In this document: one piece after another, positions 7,815 to 17,579 of the stretch
How positions within the stretch are numbered: the stretch's first letter is position 1
Layout of the letters: every line of letters begins with the position of its first letter
Assembly (NCBI GenBank): GCA_947501605.1
Contig: CANMWZ010000001.1
Coordinates: 1-64,000, forward strand
Length of the DNA stretch: 64,000 bases
Source: Planctomycetota bacterium
Lineage (GTDB): Bacteria > Planctomycetota > UBA1135 > UBA2386
Direction: 5' to 3'
Program-made: the position numbers and the translations under genes
Notes under the pieces: generated by a model
Databases searched by the model: none
What the model was told of the DNA's origin: nothing
The model's input: the letters and a program-made list of their open reading frames with translations, nothing else

Positions 7815-9488
7815 ATGCTCGCTGCACGATTTCGGTCTCGCTCCACGTCCCTAGCAGCGGTCGCGAGCTTCGCCTTGCTGCTGGCGAACTGCGCCGCCCA
7901 GACCGGTGGCTCCAACTACGACCAGGCACTCGCGCGCTACAAGGAGCTGGTCGCCCGCAAGCCGTTCCGACACCACTTCGAAGGCCGCGACATGCTGGCC
8001 AGAACCGGCACGCCCGAAGCCCTGGCGATCCTCGTCGAAGACTTCAACAAGCCGCAGAACTTCCGCGATCAAGCTCGGTACCACATCGCCTCGCTGTTCG
8101 GCAGCAACTTCGATGACGACGCCTCGGCGTCGGTGTTGCAGAAGCTCCGAATCGCCAATCCCAAACCCGCGGACATCTGGTTGTGGGTCAACTCGCTCCG
8201 CGTCGAGACGGCTCGCATCGGTAGCAGCGAGACGCTGCAGATCCTCACCGACGACAAGTCGATCTACCACAAGGCCGCCGCGCTGGTCGCCCTGTCGGCC
8301 CGCGGCAAAGACGAGCTGTGGGACGGGATCTACCACATCTGCATCAACTTCCCGGCAAAGGAAGCCGACCGCTACCTCGTGCTCGGCGCGATGTCCGGTG
8401 CGGTTCTCAAGAACAAGGCGAAGGTGCGCAGCGAGCGGGCGCGCGCCGGCATGACCGCCTACATCAGCCTGCTTGCGGATGCCGTGAAGCTCGAGCACAC
8501 GGCAAAGATCCAGATGGCGCGCCACCTGCAACTGGCACTGAATGGTCCTGGCCTGCTCATCCAGCCCGAGCCGTGGCTGCTCTTGCTGCAGCAGGATGCC
8601 CCGAAGAAGCCGAGCGGCGGCGGCAACACCGTGACGCAACCGCGGTTCTTCGGCATCGAGACCGAAGGCGAGCGCTTCTGCTACGTGGTCGACATGTCCG
8701 ATTCGATGCTGCAGGAGATCTCACCCAGCGTGAAGCCCAAGGGCCCGGTCACCGGACCCAAGAAGAAGCAGAAGGGTGAGCTGCTCGAGGAAGGCGACCT
8801 GCCGTGGCACCAGATCAAGACCCGCTTCGACCTCGCACGGGAACACCTCAAGCTGTCGCTGATGCGACTGCCGGATGACAAGTACTTCAGCATCGTCTGG
8901 TTCGGCGACAAATCTGGCACGCTGCCGTCGTGCCCCGGACTGATCAAGGCGACCAAGTCGAACGTCACCAAGGTCTGCAAAGACCTCGACGCCGTCGAGA
9001 TCGGTGAGAAGAGCCTGCCGGCGAAGCCGTTCGGCGTGCTGCGCGGCGATACCAACTTGCAGTCTGGCCTCCGCCGCGCGTTCGCGCTGTCGGGCAAAGG
9101 CTTCGTCGAGACCGACGCGTTCATCGATCCAGGTCCTCTGACGGAAGGCTGCGACACGATCTTTCTGCTGTCCGACGGCGCGCCCTCGACGGACGACTTC
9201 GTCACCCTGGACAAGGACTACGGCGAGGACCAGGTCGTGCTGGACCGCGAGTCCGGCGCCGCAGCTGCGCGCACGCCGGAACTTTGGTACAGCGGCCCCT
9301 ATGTGGATCCGCAAAACCTGGTGCCGGAGGTCGAGCGCATGAACACCTTCCGCCGCGTGCGCATCCACGGGATCGGCATCGGCGAGGCCGACGAGAACCT
9401 GCTGCGGCGCCTGGCCGACATTGGCAACGGTCAGGTCTACATGGTCGGCAAGGAACAAAAGCAGGAGCCGGCGCGCGTGCCCAAGTGA
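7815..9488 (+). CDS. Secreted helical-repeat (HEAT-like) plus von Willebrand factor A domain protein
   Basis: Signal peptide; FFGI...YVVDMSDSM (DxSxS MIDAS), GDTN, IFLLSDGAP and IHGIGIG motifs; AGAGGA RBS upstream of ATG 7815. Confidence 0.8.
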   Translation: MLAARFRSRSTSLAAVASFALLLANCAAQTGGSNYDQALARYKELVARKPFRHHFEGRDMLARTGTPEALAILVEDFNKPQNFRDQARYHIASLFGSNFDDDASASVLQKLRIANPKPADIWLWVNSLRVETARIGSSETLQILTDDKSIYHKAAALVALSARGKDELWDGIYHICINFPAKEADRYLVLGAMSGAVLKNKAKVRSERARAGMTAYISLLADAVKLEHTAKIQMARHLQLALNGPGLLIQPEPWLLLLQQDAPKKPSGGGNTVTQPRFFGIETEGERFCYVVDMSDSMLQEISPSVKPKGPVTGPKKKQKGELLEEGDLPWHQIKTRFDLAREHLKLSLMRLPDDKYFSIVWFGDKSGTLPSCPGLIKATKSNVTKVCKDLDAVEIGEKSLPAKPFGVLRGDTNLQSGLRRAFALSGKGFVETDAFIDPGPLTEGCDTIFLLSDGAPSTDDFVTLDKDYGEDQVVLDRESGAAAARTPELWYSGPYVDPQNLVPEVERMNTFRRVRIHGIGIGEADENLLRRLADIGNGQVYMVGKEQKQEPARVPK

Positions 9489-9735
9489 ACGCGACGCGCA
9501 GCGGCGGCGCGCGCCCCGGCGAGCTGCCAGCGATTCGCCGCCGGGTCCCAGCGCGCCAGCGTGGTTCCAGCACGGGTCTTCGACCGAAGCCGCCCCACCG
9601 CGACTGAGGGTTGGGAGCCGACTCGTCGCGGCGTCCGGAGCCTGCTCGACGACTCCGGCAAGCAGCGATCGATCGTCGCGGCCGGCCGCTGCCGCTGGTG
9701 CTTTCGGCAGCCGCTTCTACAGTCTTCGCCCCACG

Positions 9736-11124
9736 ATGAGCCGCTCTGACCTCCCAGCTCCGGTGCAGCGCGGTGACCGCCTGCGCCTTGAGATCGAGAC
9801 CCTCGCCGATGGCCCGGATGCCCTGACTCACGTCGATGGCTACGTCGTGCTGGTTCCTGGGGTGCTGCCCGGTGAGGTGGTGCGCGCGGAAATCACCAGC
9901 GCCGCCAAGAAGTTCGGCCGGGCCCGCGTTGCCTTCGTCGATCAGCCCTCGGCCGAGCGCATCGCGCCGGCGTGTCGCCACTTTCTCGAGTGCGGTGGCT
10001 GCCACTGGCAGCACATCGATTACCCCGCCCAACTTCGCTTCAAGCAGCAGCGCCTGCAGAAGGACCTCAATTGGGCCTTGGGCGAGCATGCGCCGCTCGT
10101 CGCGCTGACGCTTGGCAACAAGGCGCCTTACGGGCAGCGCTACAAGGTGGCGCTCCAGGTCCTGCCGGACCGGCGCCGCGGCATGGTTCCGGCGATGCAC
10201 GCACTGCGCGAACTCGACCTGGTGCCAGTGTCCGAGTGCCCCGCATCGGCCGACAAGCCCCTGCATCTCGCGCGCTCGACGATCGCCGCATTGGCCGAGC
10301 GCGGCGTCGAGGCTTGGGACCCGGTGTCCGACCGCGGCAACCTCCGCAGCGTGCTGGTGCGCACGTCCTTGGCCTCGGGCCGCAGCCACTTGATCGTCGT
10401 CGCGCGCGACGACCTGCCGGAACTCGACCACGTCGCGCCCGATCTCGCGGCGATGGGCGCCACGACAGTGAGCCTCAACCTGAATGACGGCCCTGAAAGT
10501 CGACTGCTCGGCACCAAGACGATCGCGATCACTGGCAACGACCGCATCGAAGAAGTCATCGACGGCGTGCACTACTGCATCTCGCCAACGGCGTTCTTCC
10601 AGACGTCCCCCTACGCCGCGAGCGTGCTCGTCCGCACGGTGCTCGAGGCCTTGCAACCCAAGGCCACCGACGTCGTCGCCGATCTCTACTGCGGCGGCGG
10701 CCTGTTCGCGCTGCCGCTCTGCGGCCGTTCGCGCGAAGTGATCGGCATCGAAGAATCGCCGCTCGGCATCGCGGACGCGGAGGCCAGCCAACGCCGCAAT
10801 CGGATCCGCAATGCGCGCTTCGTGCGCGGCGCTGTCGAGGGCGTGATCGATCGACTGGGCCAGGACCTACCGCGACCCGATCTCGTGGTGCTCGACCCAC
10901 CGCGCGAGGGCTGCTTGCCCTCTGTGCTCGAGCGCCTGGCCAAGCTGAAGCCGCGCAAGATCGCCTACGTCGCTTGCGACCCGTCGGCGCTAGCGCGCGA
11001 CCTTCGCTTCCTCCATACGCTCGGCTATGCGGCAAGCTCGGTGACGCCGATCGACATGTTCCCGCAGACCTGGCACATCGAGTCGGTGGCGCTGCTCCAG
11101 CCGTTCGCGAAGGGAATCGAATGA
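9736..11124 (+). CDS. rlmD: 23S rRNA (uracil-5)-methyltransferase RlmD/TrmA family
   Basis: TRAM-like N-terminus, CRHFLECGGC Fe-S motif, AFFQ, DLYCGGG, LDPPREG, YVAC, DMFPQTWHIE. Confidence 0.92.
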   Translation: MSRSDLPAPVQRGDRLRLEIETLADGPDALTHVDGYVVLVPGVLPGEVVRAEITSAAKKFGRARVAFVDQPSAERIAPACRHFLECGGCHWQHIDYPAQLRFKQQRLQKDLNWALGEHAPLVALTLGNKAPYGQRYKVALQVLPDRRRGMVPAMHALRELDLVPVSECPASADKPLHLARSTIAALAERGVEAWDPVSDRGNLRSVLVRTSLASGRSHLIVVARDDLPELDHVAPDLAAMGATTVSLNLNDGPESRLLGTKTIAITGNDRIEEVIDGVHYCISPTAFFQTSPYAASVLVRTVLEALQPKATDVVADLYCGGGLFALPLCGRSREVIGIEESPLGIADAEASQRRNRIRNARFVRGAVEGVIDRLGQDLPRPDLVVLDPPREGCLPSVLERLAKLKPRKIAYVACDPSALARDLRFLHTLGYAASSVTPIDMFPQTWHIESVALLQPFAKGIE

Positions 11125-11227
11125 GCTGCCAGGAGTGACGCCCACCGTGGCGACCCCTGGCTGACGTCGCTGCCTCGCCCCGAGGAACCGCTCGCGCAGA
11201 GGACGGTGATGGGTAGCCTCCCCACCC

Positions 11228-12355
11228 ATGACTTCTAGGACCTGGCACTTGCTCGCCGTGCTGTTCGCGTTGCCGGCGTGCTCTCTGTTCTCGCCTTCGA
11301 CTCCCGTGAAAACCCGCTCCTTCGGCCTCCGCAGCGACGGCGCTCCTGCAACTCTCTGGACCTTGCGCTCGGGTGACGTCGAGGCAACGGTTACGGACCA
11401 CGGCGCCACGCTGGTCTCCTTGTCGTTCCCAGATCGCATCGGCCAAAGCAGTGACGTCCTGCTCGGCTTCGACAACGTCAGCGGCTACGAATCGGACCAG
11501 AACCAGTACTTTGGCTGCACCACCGGGCGAGTGTGCAATCGCATCGCGCGTGGTCGATTCTTGCTCGATGGCTTCGATCACCAACTGGCGATCAACAACG
11601 CCCCGAACCACTTGCACGGCGGCGGGCCGCGCAGCCTCGACAAAGTCTTCTGGCAAGGGCGCGCGAGCAATGAGCACGGCGTGCCAACGGTCGTGTTCAC
11701 CTACCACTCGCCGGATGGAGAAGAGGGTTACCCCGGCGTGCTCGACGTCAAGGTCACGTATTCGATGCCGCAAGCCGGCGAGCTGCGCATCGACTACGAG
11801 GCAACCTCGGATCGCAACACTCCGGTCAACCTGACCAACCATTCCTACTTCAACCTCGGTGGCCAGGGACGTGCGACGATCCTCGACCACGAACTGCAGA
11901 TCTTCGCCGATCGCTACACGCCGACCGACGACACCCTGATCCCAACGGGCAAGCTTGCGAACGTCGCCAAGACGCCGCTCGACTTCCGGCAACCGACCGG
12001 CATCGGCCTGCGCATCGACACCCTCACCGGAACCGCCACCAAGGGCTACGACCACAACTACGTGCTCGCCGAGCCAAGCAGCGACGGCATGCGCAAGGCA
12101 GCAGTGCTCTACCATCCGGCGACGGGCCGCGAACTCGCGATCCGGACGACGGAACCGGGACTTCAGTTCTACACCGGCAACTTTCTGTTCGGCCAGAACG
12201 GCAAGAGCGGCTCCAGCTACGCGCATCGAAGCGGCCTGTGTCTTGAGACGCAGCACTTCCCCGACGCCGTCAATCAGGAGACCTTTCCTTCCATCGTGCT
12301 GCAGAAGGGGGACCGCTTCCGGTCAACCACCGTGCTGTCCGTTCGCGCGCACTGA
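11228..12355 (+). CDS. galM: Aldose 1-epimerase (mutarotase) with lipoprotein-like signal
   Basis: GRVCNRI, NHLHGG, GEEGYPG, NLTNHSYFNL, YDHNY, QFYTGNFL, CLETQHFPD; N-terminal LPAC lipobox. Confidence 0.93.
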   Translation: MTSRTWHLLAVLFALPACSLFSPSTPVKTRSFGLRSDGAPATLWTLRSGDVEATVTDHGATLVSLSFPDRIGQSSDVLLGFDNVSGYESDQNQYFGCTTGRVCNRIARGRFLLDGFDHQLAINNAPNHLHGGGPRSLDKVFWQGRASNEHGVPTVVFTYHSPDGEEGYPGVLDVKVTYSMPQAGELRIDYEATSDRNTPVNLTNHSYFNLGGQGRATILDHELQIFADRYTPTDDTLIPTGKLANVAKTPLDFRQPTGIGLRIDTLTGTATKGYDHNYVLAEPSSDGMRKAAVLYHPATGRELAIRTTEPGLQFYTGNFLFGQNGKSGSSYAHRSGLCLETQHFPDAVNQETFPSIVLQKGDRFRSTTVLSVRAH

Positions 12356-12635
12356 CCCGCAGGTGCACGAACACGCTTTGATCTGAGCTGGCTCCTGATC
12401 CGGGCAGCCTTCGGTCCCTGCAACCGAGCGCAAGACCTCGCAGCCTCCGAGCGCCCGGCAAGTGGGATGAGCGCGAGCCGTAGCAACGACATTCCATTCC
12501 GGGTTCGGCGCCGTTCGCACGAGGCCAAGATCGGACCGGGCGCCCGGCGCGCAGGCGGCAGAGGATCCACGCGCAGCCAGACGTAGATACAGGACTGCAG
12601 CGGACGAGCTCAGCAGCGCCCGCTGGCAGCCCGTC

Positions 12636-13253
12636 TCATTCGTCGTCATCGTCGCTGAAGCGACGACCGCCGCGACGCCCATGGCCATCGTCGGGCTCCT
12701 CATGCCGGCGACGAGGAGTCTTCTTGTTCTCGTACTTCTTGGGCTCGGCCGGCGGATCCGACCACCCAGGCTTGGGTCGCGAGAAGCCGCCGCCGCCAGA
12801 CGGCCCCCCGCCCGAGGAGCCACCGCCGCTGGATCCACCGCCGCTGGAGCCACCGCCACTGGATCCACCGCCGCTGGATCCACCGCCACTCGGGGCACCG
12901 CCGACCGCGCCACCAGTGCGCGGCGGGCCACTTCGCGGCGGCCCGTCACTGCGCGGTCCGCTGAAACCGCCGCCGCCAGGACGAGGCCCCGGGGCAGGAC
13001 CTCGACGGTCCTCAGCCTCGCTGACGCGCAGGTTGCGACCAGCAAACTCAGCTCCGTCCATCGCCGCGAGCGCCTTCTGGGCGTCGGCATCGGTCGCCAT
13101 CTCGACGAAGGCGAAGCCGCGTGGACGACCGGTTTCCCGATCCATGACGACGTGGACATTGGCGACCGCCCGCCCATCTTGTCCGAACGCCTCCTTTAAC
13201 ATCGCCTCGTCCGCGTTGTACGGGAGGTTGCCGACGTAGAGTCTCTTGCCCAT
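12636..13253 (-). CDS. RRM (RNP-1) RNA-binding protein with long Gly/Ser/Pro/Arg low-complexity tail
   Basis: RNP2 LYVGNL, RNP1 RGFAFVEM, DRETGRP and GRNLRVSEA motifs. Confidence 0.93.
   Translation of the reverse strand: MGKRLYVGNLPYNADEAMLKEAFGQDGRAVANVHVVMDRETGRPRGFAFVEMATDADAQKALAAMDGAEFAGRNLRVSEAEDRRGPAPGPRPGGGGFSGPRSDGPPRSGPPRTGGAVGGAPSGGGSSGGGSSGGGSSGGGSSGGGSSGGGPSGGGGFSRPKPGWSDPPAEPKKYENKKTPRRRHEEPDDGHGRRGGRRFSDDDDE
12813..12887 (-). repeat. Coding 15-bp tandem repeat x5 (GGGSS)
   Basis: Five consecutive GGGSS units with synonymous variation inside the RRM gene tail. Confidence 0.9.
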
Positions 13254-13499
13254 TCCTGACGGACCTTCTCACTTCAGTAGGACATGGCCGAACCGTCGAG
13301 AAAGTCGCTCCACCACTGAGCATTTCACGGCCCGGACACGGGATCGGAAAGTAGCCGCAAGGCGACCGAGCCCGACGCGGATGATAAGGTCCGCCTGCAA
13401 TCTGGGAAGGACCCGCGAGCGAATCCAGGCGTAGCAGCCCCGGCGAACCGCGGGTCGACGATCGACCGCACGCTCCTTCTGTCCGTCGCTCCGACTGCC

Positions 13500-14249
13500 A
13501 TGCATCGAACCAGCTGCCACCGTCCCTTGTCGAAGCTCGCCCGTCTCTGCTGCCTCTCGCTGCTCGCCGTGGCGAGCAGTTGCAGTGGCAACGAGCCGAA
13601 TGCGCAACGCCCCACTACCACCGCGCCTACGACCCCGAGCACCGGCTTGCAGCCCACAGGCCAAACCGCTTCTTCAACAACTCCGCCTACGCCTGCCATG
13701 ACCACTCCGAAGACCACGACCACAGGCCTCGAGACCGCGACCCTCGGAGCCGGCTGTTTCTGGTGCATCGAAGCAGTGCTCGAACGCATCGATGGCGTGC
13801 TCGAAGTCGACAGCGGTTACATGGGCGGCAGCGTCGACGAGCCGACCTACAAGGCGGTGTGCGATGGGGACACCGGCCATGCCGAAGTCGTGCGCGTCAC
13901 CTTTGACCCAAACAAGCTCAGCTACCGCCAACTGCTCGACTGGTTCTTCCAGGCTCATGACCCGACAAGCCTGAACCGCCAGGGCAACGACTACGGCACC
14001 CAATACCGCTCGGCGATTTTCTACTACGACGAAGCCCAGAAGCTCGTGGCGGAAGCAGCGAAGGCGGCTGCGAACGAGCACTACGGCAATCGCGTGGTGA
14101 CCGAGATCACGATGGCCGCCAAGTTCTGGATGGCCGAGGACTACCACCAGGACTTCTTCGCCAACAACCCAAGGCAGCCCTACTGCAACGCGCTGATCCC
14201 ACCCAAGCTGAAGAAGCTCGGTCTCGACGGCAAAGGCACGACCAAGTAG
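13500..14249 (+). CDS. msrA: Peptide-methionine (S)-S-oxide reductase with lipoprotein signal and Thr/Pro linker
   Basis: GAGCFWC, SGYMGG, TGHAEVV, HDPTSLNRQGND, QYRSAIF, AEDYHQ, YC. Confidence 0.95.
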   Translation: MHRTSCHRPLSKLARLCCLSLLAVASSCSGNEPNAQRPTTTAPTTPSTGLQPTGQTASSTTPPTPAMTTPKTTTTGLETATLGAGCFWCIEAVLERIDGVLEVDSGYMGGSVDEPTYKAVCDGDTGHAEVVRVTFDPNKLSYRQLLDWFFQAHDPTSLNRQGNDYGTQYRSAIFYYDEAQKLVAEAAKAAANEHYGNRVVTEITMAAKFWMAEDYHQDFFANNPRQPYCNALIPPKLKKLGLDGKGTTK

Positions 14250-14270
14250 CGCGCCAGCCCCGCCGCGCGC

Positions 14271-14990
14271 TCACTTGTCGCGCGGCTGCGCGTCGCTCGC
14301 CGGGACCTCGGGCTTGCGCACGAAGCGCTGGCGCACGACCTCCATCTGCTTGTCCTGGACGCGGTCCTCGACCGCGAGGTCAAAGCCACTGGCGGTGAAC
14401 TGTAGCGCGAGTTGGAAGGGCCGCCCCGTCGGCGACGCCGCGTCGATCATCGTGCCCTGCATCGGCACTCGACCGTCTTCCTTCTCCGGCAATGGCCCAG
14501 TGCAGTCGACGGCCCACGTGCTCATCGAGTCGCGCCAGCTCGCGGTGTATAGGCCACGCAGATTGTCGAAGCCGAAGATGTAGAGCCCTTCGAGCACGAC
14601 GCCGGCGAGGCGCACCTTCATGTTCACCAGCAGATAGCGATTGGACAACACGGCGAGGGCGCGCGCTTCGCCAGCGAACTGTTGCGGCTCGATGCCGGGC
14701 GGTGTCAACGTCATCTGCACGTCGTAGACGCCTTGCAACGCTACGAGCCGTTCGTGATGCGGGCCCGGCGTCGACAACTGCATTGTGGCGGTCATCGCGC
14801 GCGCGAGCTGCATCGCGTCAAGACCGGCAGCACCTTCGGGGACCAGCGCGGGTCTGCCGTCGCTTGGGGCGGCCGGTGGCGCGGTTACTGGCTTCGGCAC
14901 GTCGGGCTTCGGCACGTCGGGCTTCGGATCTGGGTCCTGGGCGACGACGAACGCAGCAAACAGCAATACGGCGACAGCGCGACGAAGCAT
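14271..14990 (-). CDS. Secreted DUF1579-like protein
   Basis: Signal peptide, short KPDVP repeats, TPGPHHERL, GFDN...YTASWRDSMST motifs. Confidence 0.7.
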   Translation of the reverse strand: MLRRAVAVLLFAAFVVAQDPDPKPDVPKPDVPKPVTAPPAAPSDGRPALVPEGAAGLDAMQLARAMTATMQLSTPGPHHERLVALQGVYDVQMTLTPPGIEPQQFAGEARALAVLSNRYLLVNMKVRLAGVVLEGLYIFGFDNLRGLYTASWRDSMSTWAVDCTGPLPEKEDGRVPMQGTMIDAASPTGRPFQLALQFTASGFDLAVEDRVQDKQMEVVRQRFVRKPEVPASDAQPRDK

Positions 14991-15066
14991 GGACCGAGCA
15001 TCCCCGCGCAGCACCCAGACTGCAACCAGTGCGCATGACGCGCTGGCGCGCTACAACGCCGCGCCC

Positions 15067-16470
15067 ATGGCCACGGATCCGTTCGACCCCGCCGCGTTCC
15101 GCGCCCTCGGCCACCAAATCATCGACCTCCTGACCGACCACCTCGCCGCAACGGCAACGGGCCTTGGCAAAGTCCTCGACCTACCGCCGCCCGATCAGCG
15201 CCTGGCTTCGGTAGCCGAACTCGACGGCCGCGGCGGGAACGACCCCGTCCACTGGGTGAAGCGCCTGCTGGCCGAGAGCAATCACTTGCACGACCCGCGC
15301 TACATGGGGCACCAAGTGTCCGCGCCGCTGCCGATGTTGGCCCTGTTCGAAGCGGTCGGTGCTCTGCTCAACAACGGCATGGCCGTCTACGAGATGGGCC
15401 CCGTGCAGACGGCCATGGAACTCCGCGCGCTGCAGTGGATGGCACGCGTGCTCGGCATGCCCGCAGCCAGCGATGGCGTGATGACGTCCGGTGGGTCGCT
15501 CGGCAACCTCACGGCCTTGCTCGCGGCGCGACAGCGCCACGGCGACGCTTGGCAGAAGGGCGGTCACGACTTCTGCGTACTCGCGAGCGAACAGGCGCAC
15601 TATTGCGTCGACCGCGCCTGCCGCATCCTCGGACTTTCGGACCAAGGCCTCGTGACGATTCCCGTCGACGCGCAGTTCCGCATGCGTCACGAACTGTTGC
15701 CGGCAGCCATCGAGCAAGCCCGGCGCAATGGCCGCACACCGATCGCCGTCGTCGCCAGCGCCTGTTCGACCGCAACCGGCTCGTTCGACCCCATCAACGC
15801 GATCGCCGACGTCTGCCAGCAACACGATCTATGGCTGCACGTCGACGGCGCCCACGGAGCTGCCTACGCCCTGTCGCCGTCGCTGCGCCCGTTGCTCGCC
15901 GGCATCGAGCGCGCGGACTCCGTGGTGTTCGACGCCCACAAGATGCTGCAGACACCGGCCCTGGTCACGGGCGTGCTGTTCCGCAGTGCGGCGAGCTGCG
16001 CTGCGGTGTTCACCCAACAGGCGAGCTACCTGTTTGCCAAGAAGGCCGAGGTCGAATGGTGGAACCGCGGACACCGCACGATCGAGTGCACGAAGCGGGC
16101 GATGGGTGTGCTGCTTTACGTCGCAGTCGCCGTGCTCGGCGAAGACCGACTGCGACAGGACCTCGAGCGCGGCGTCGCGCTCGCACGGGCCTTGGCCGCA
16201 CGCGTGCGCGGCGACGCTGCGTTCGAACTCGCAGTGGAGCCGCAGTGCAACATCGTCTGCTTCCGCCATCGACCCAGAGACATTGCCGGCAGCGCCCTCG
16301 ATGCCCACAACGCCAGCATTCGCGTCCGCCTGTTGGCAGAGGGCACTTTCTACATCGTGCAGACCACCTTGCCGCAGGGGGTGTTTCTGCGCACGACGCT
16401 GATGAATCCGCGCACGACCGAAGCGGACCTCGACGCCATGCTGGCGGCTGTGCGCAGTGCCGCCAGCTGA
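15067..16470 (+). CDS. Group II PLP-dependent decarboxylase (aromatic amino acid/2,4-diaminobutyrate decarboxylase-like)
   Basis: PRYMGHQ, TSGGSLGN, AHYCV, WLHVDGAHG, DAHKM (Schiff-base Lys), NIVCFR. Confidence 0.9.
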   Translation: MATDPFDPAAFRALGHQIIDLLTDHLAATATGLGKVLDLPPPDQRLASVAELDGRGGNDPVHWVKRLLAESNHLHDPRYMGHQVSAPLPMLALFEAVGALLNNGMAVYEMGPVQTAMELRALQWMARVLGMPAASDGVMTSGGSLGNLTALLAARQRHGDAWQKGGHDFCVLASEQAHYCVDRACRILGLSDQGLVTIPVDAQFRMRHELLPAAIEQARRNGRTPIAVVASACSTATGSFDPINAIADVCQQHDLWLHVDGAHGAAYALSPSLRPLLAGIERADSVVFDAHKMLQTPALVTGVLFRSAASCAAVFTQQASYLFAKKAEVEWWNRGHRTIECTKRAMGVLLYVAVAVLGEDRLRQDLERGVALARALAARVRGDAAFELAVEPQCNIVCFRHRPRDIAGSALDAHNASIRVRLLAEGTFYIVQTTLPQGVFLRTTLMNPRTTEADLDAMLAAVRSAAS

Positions 16471-16481
16471 CGTTGCCTGCG

Positions 16482-16969
16482 TCACCGCGCCGTCTGCAGG
16501 TCGCGCAGCGCGTCCTTGCCAACCCACCGCGCCGCGGGCACGGCACTCGCCGCGAGCCGGCTTGCGACTCCTAGAGCCGCGGCCCGGCGCTCCACTCCGC
16601 GCGCTTTTGCAACTCCTCCGTTCGCTTCGACCACGGCAACAGGCGTCCCCACGCCAGTGGCGAACGATCGAACACGGGAACGCACGCGCTGTCGCACACG
16701 GCCCGAGTGTCGAAGGTCCGGCACCACGCATCCATCTGCCGCACCGTGACCCTCGCGGGTTCCCCGACCAAGCACGCCAGCAGGCGAGCCTCGTAGATGC
16801 CCGTAGCCCACAACTCGAGCGCCAGTTCGTGGTCGCGACCGAGGGCCTTGGCGATCGCGTGGATGTCTGGCAGCGCCACGCCGTCGCGCACGCGGCTCTG
16901 CGCGCGCTTCGTGAGCCGCGCCAGAGCGTCGTCGACGCCGCAGGAACTCGCAGACTTCTTGGCGGCCAT
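16482..16969 (-). pseudogene. Eroded DNA alkylation repair protein (AlkD-like)
   Basis: The N-terminal part (RDHELALELWATGIYEARLLA...QMDAWCRTFD..VCD) is in one frame. The family C-terminus (RLAAS..AARWVGKDALRDL) is in another, with the intervening region apparently deleted. Confidence 0.7.
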
Positions 16970-17021
16970 GCTGCGAACACGTAGCACATGCACCCGCGCA
17001 GCGCCTCTGCGCACCGCCACT

Positions 17022-17579
17022 ATGCGCATCGCCGTCCCCGACAAGCACGTCCACCGTCTGCTCAACCACGGCCCCACCACGATGATCACGACCGCACACG
17101 GCACCCGCCGCAACGTGATGGCAGCGGCTTGGGTCATGCCGCTCGATTTCACGCCGCCGAAGTTCGCCGCCGTGGTCGCCGCGGACACGTGGACGCGCGA
17201 ACTGCTGGTCGCCTCGGGCGAGTGCGTACTGCACGCACCGACCACGCTTCAGGCTGACCTGTGCTTCGAAGTCGGCACGCACTCCGGGCGCGACGGCGAC
17301 AAGTTCGAGCGCTTCTCGATCGCGACCGAACCGGCAACCACGGTCGCGGCGCCATTGATCCTGGGGTGCGCCGCCTGGCTCGAGTGCCGCGTCCTCGTCG
17401 AGCCGGTGATGGCCGAGCGCTACGACCTGTTCGTGCTCGAGTGCACGGCCGCGTTCGCCGACGAGGCGCTCTGGTACGACGGTTCATGGCACTTTGCGCC
17501 AAACGGGCCGCGCACGATCCACCACGAGAAGGGTGGGCGGTTCTTCGCCACGGGGGAACTCGTGATGGCCCGGCGATGA
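17022..17579 (+). CDS. Flavin reductase family protein
   Basis: RLLNHGPT, NVMAAAW, SGRDGDKF, CAAWLECRV, YDLF, TIHH. Confidence 0.88.
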   Translation: MRIAVPDKHVHRLLNHGPTTMITTAHGTRRNVMAAAWVMPLDFTPPKFAAVVAADTWTRELLVASGECVLHAPTTLQADLCFEVGTHSGRDGDKFERFSIATEPATTVAAPLILGCAAWLECRVLVEPVMAERYDLFVLECTAAFADEALWYDGSWHFAPNGPRTIHHEKGGRFFATGELVMARR

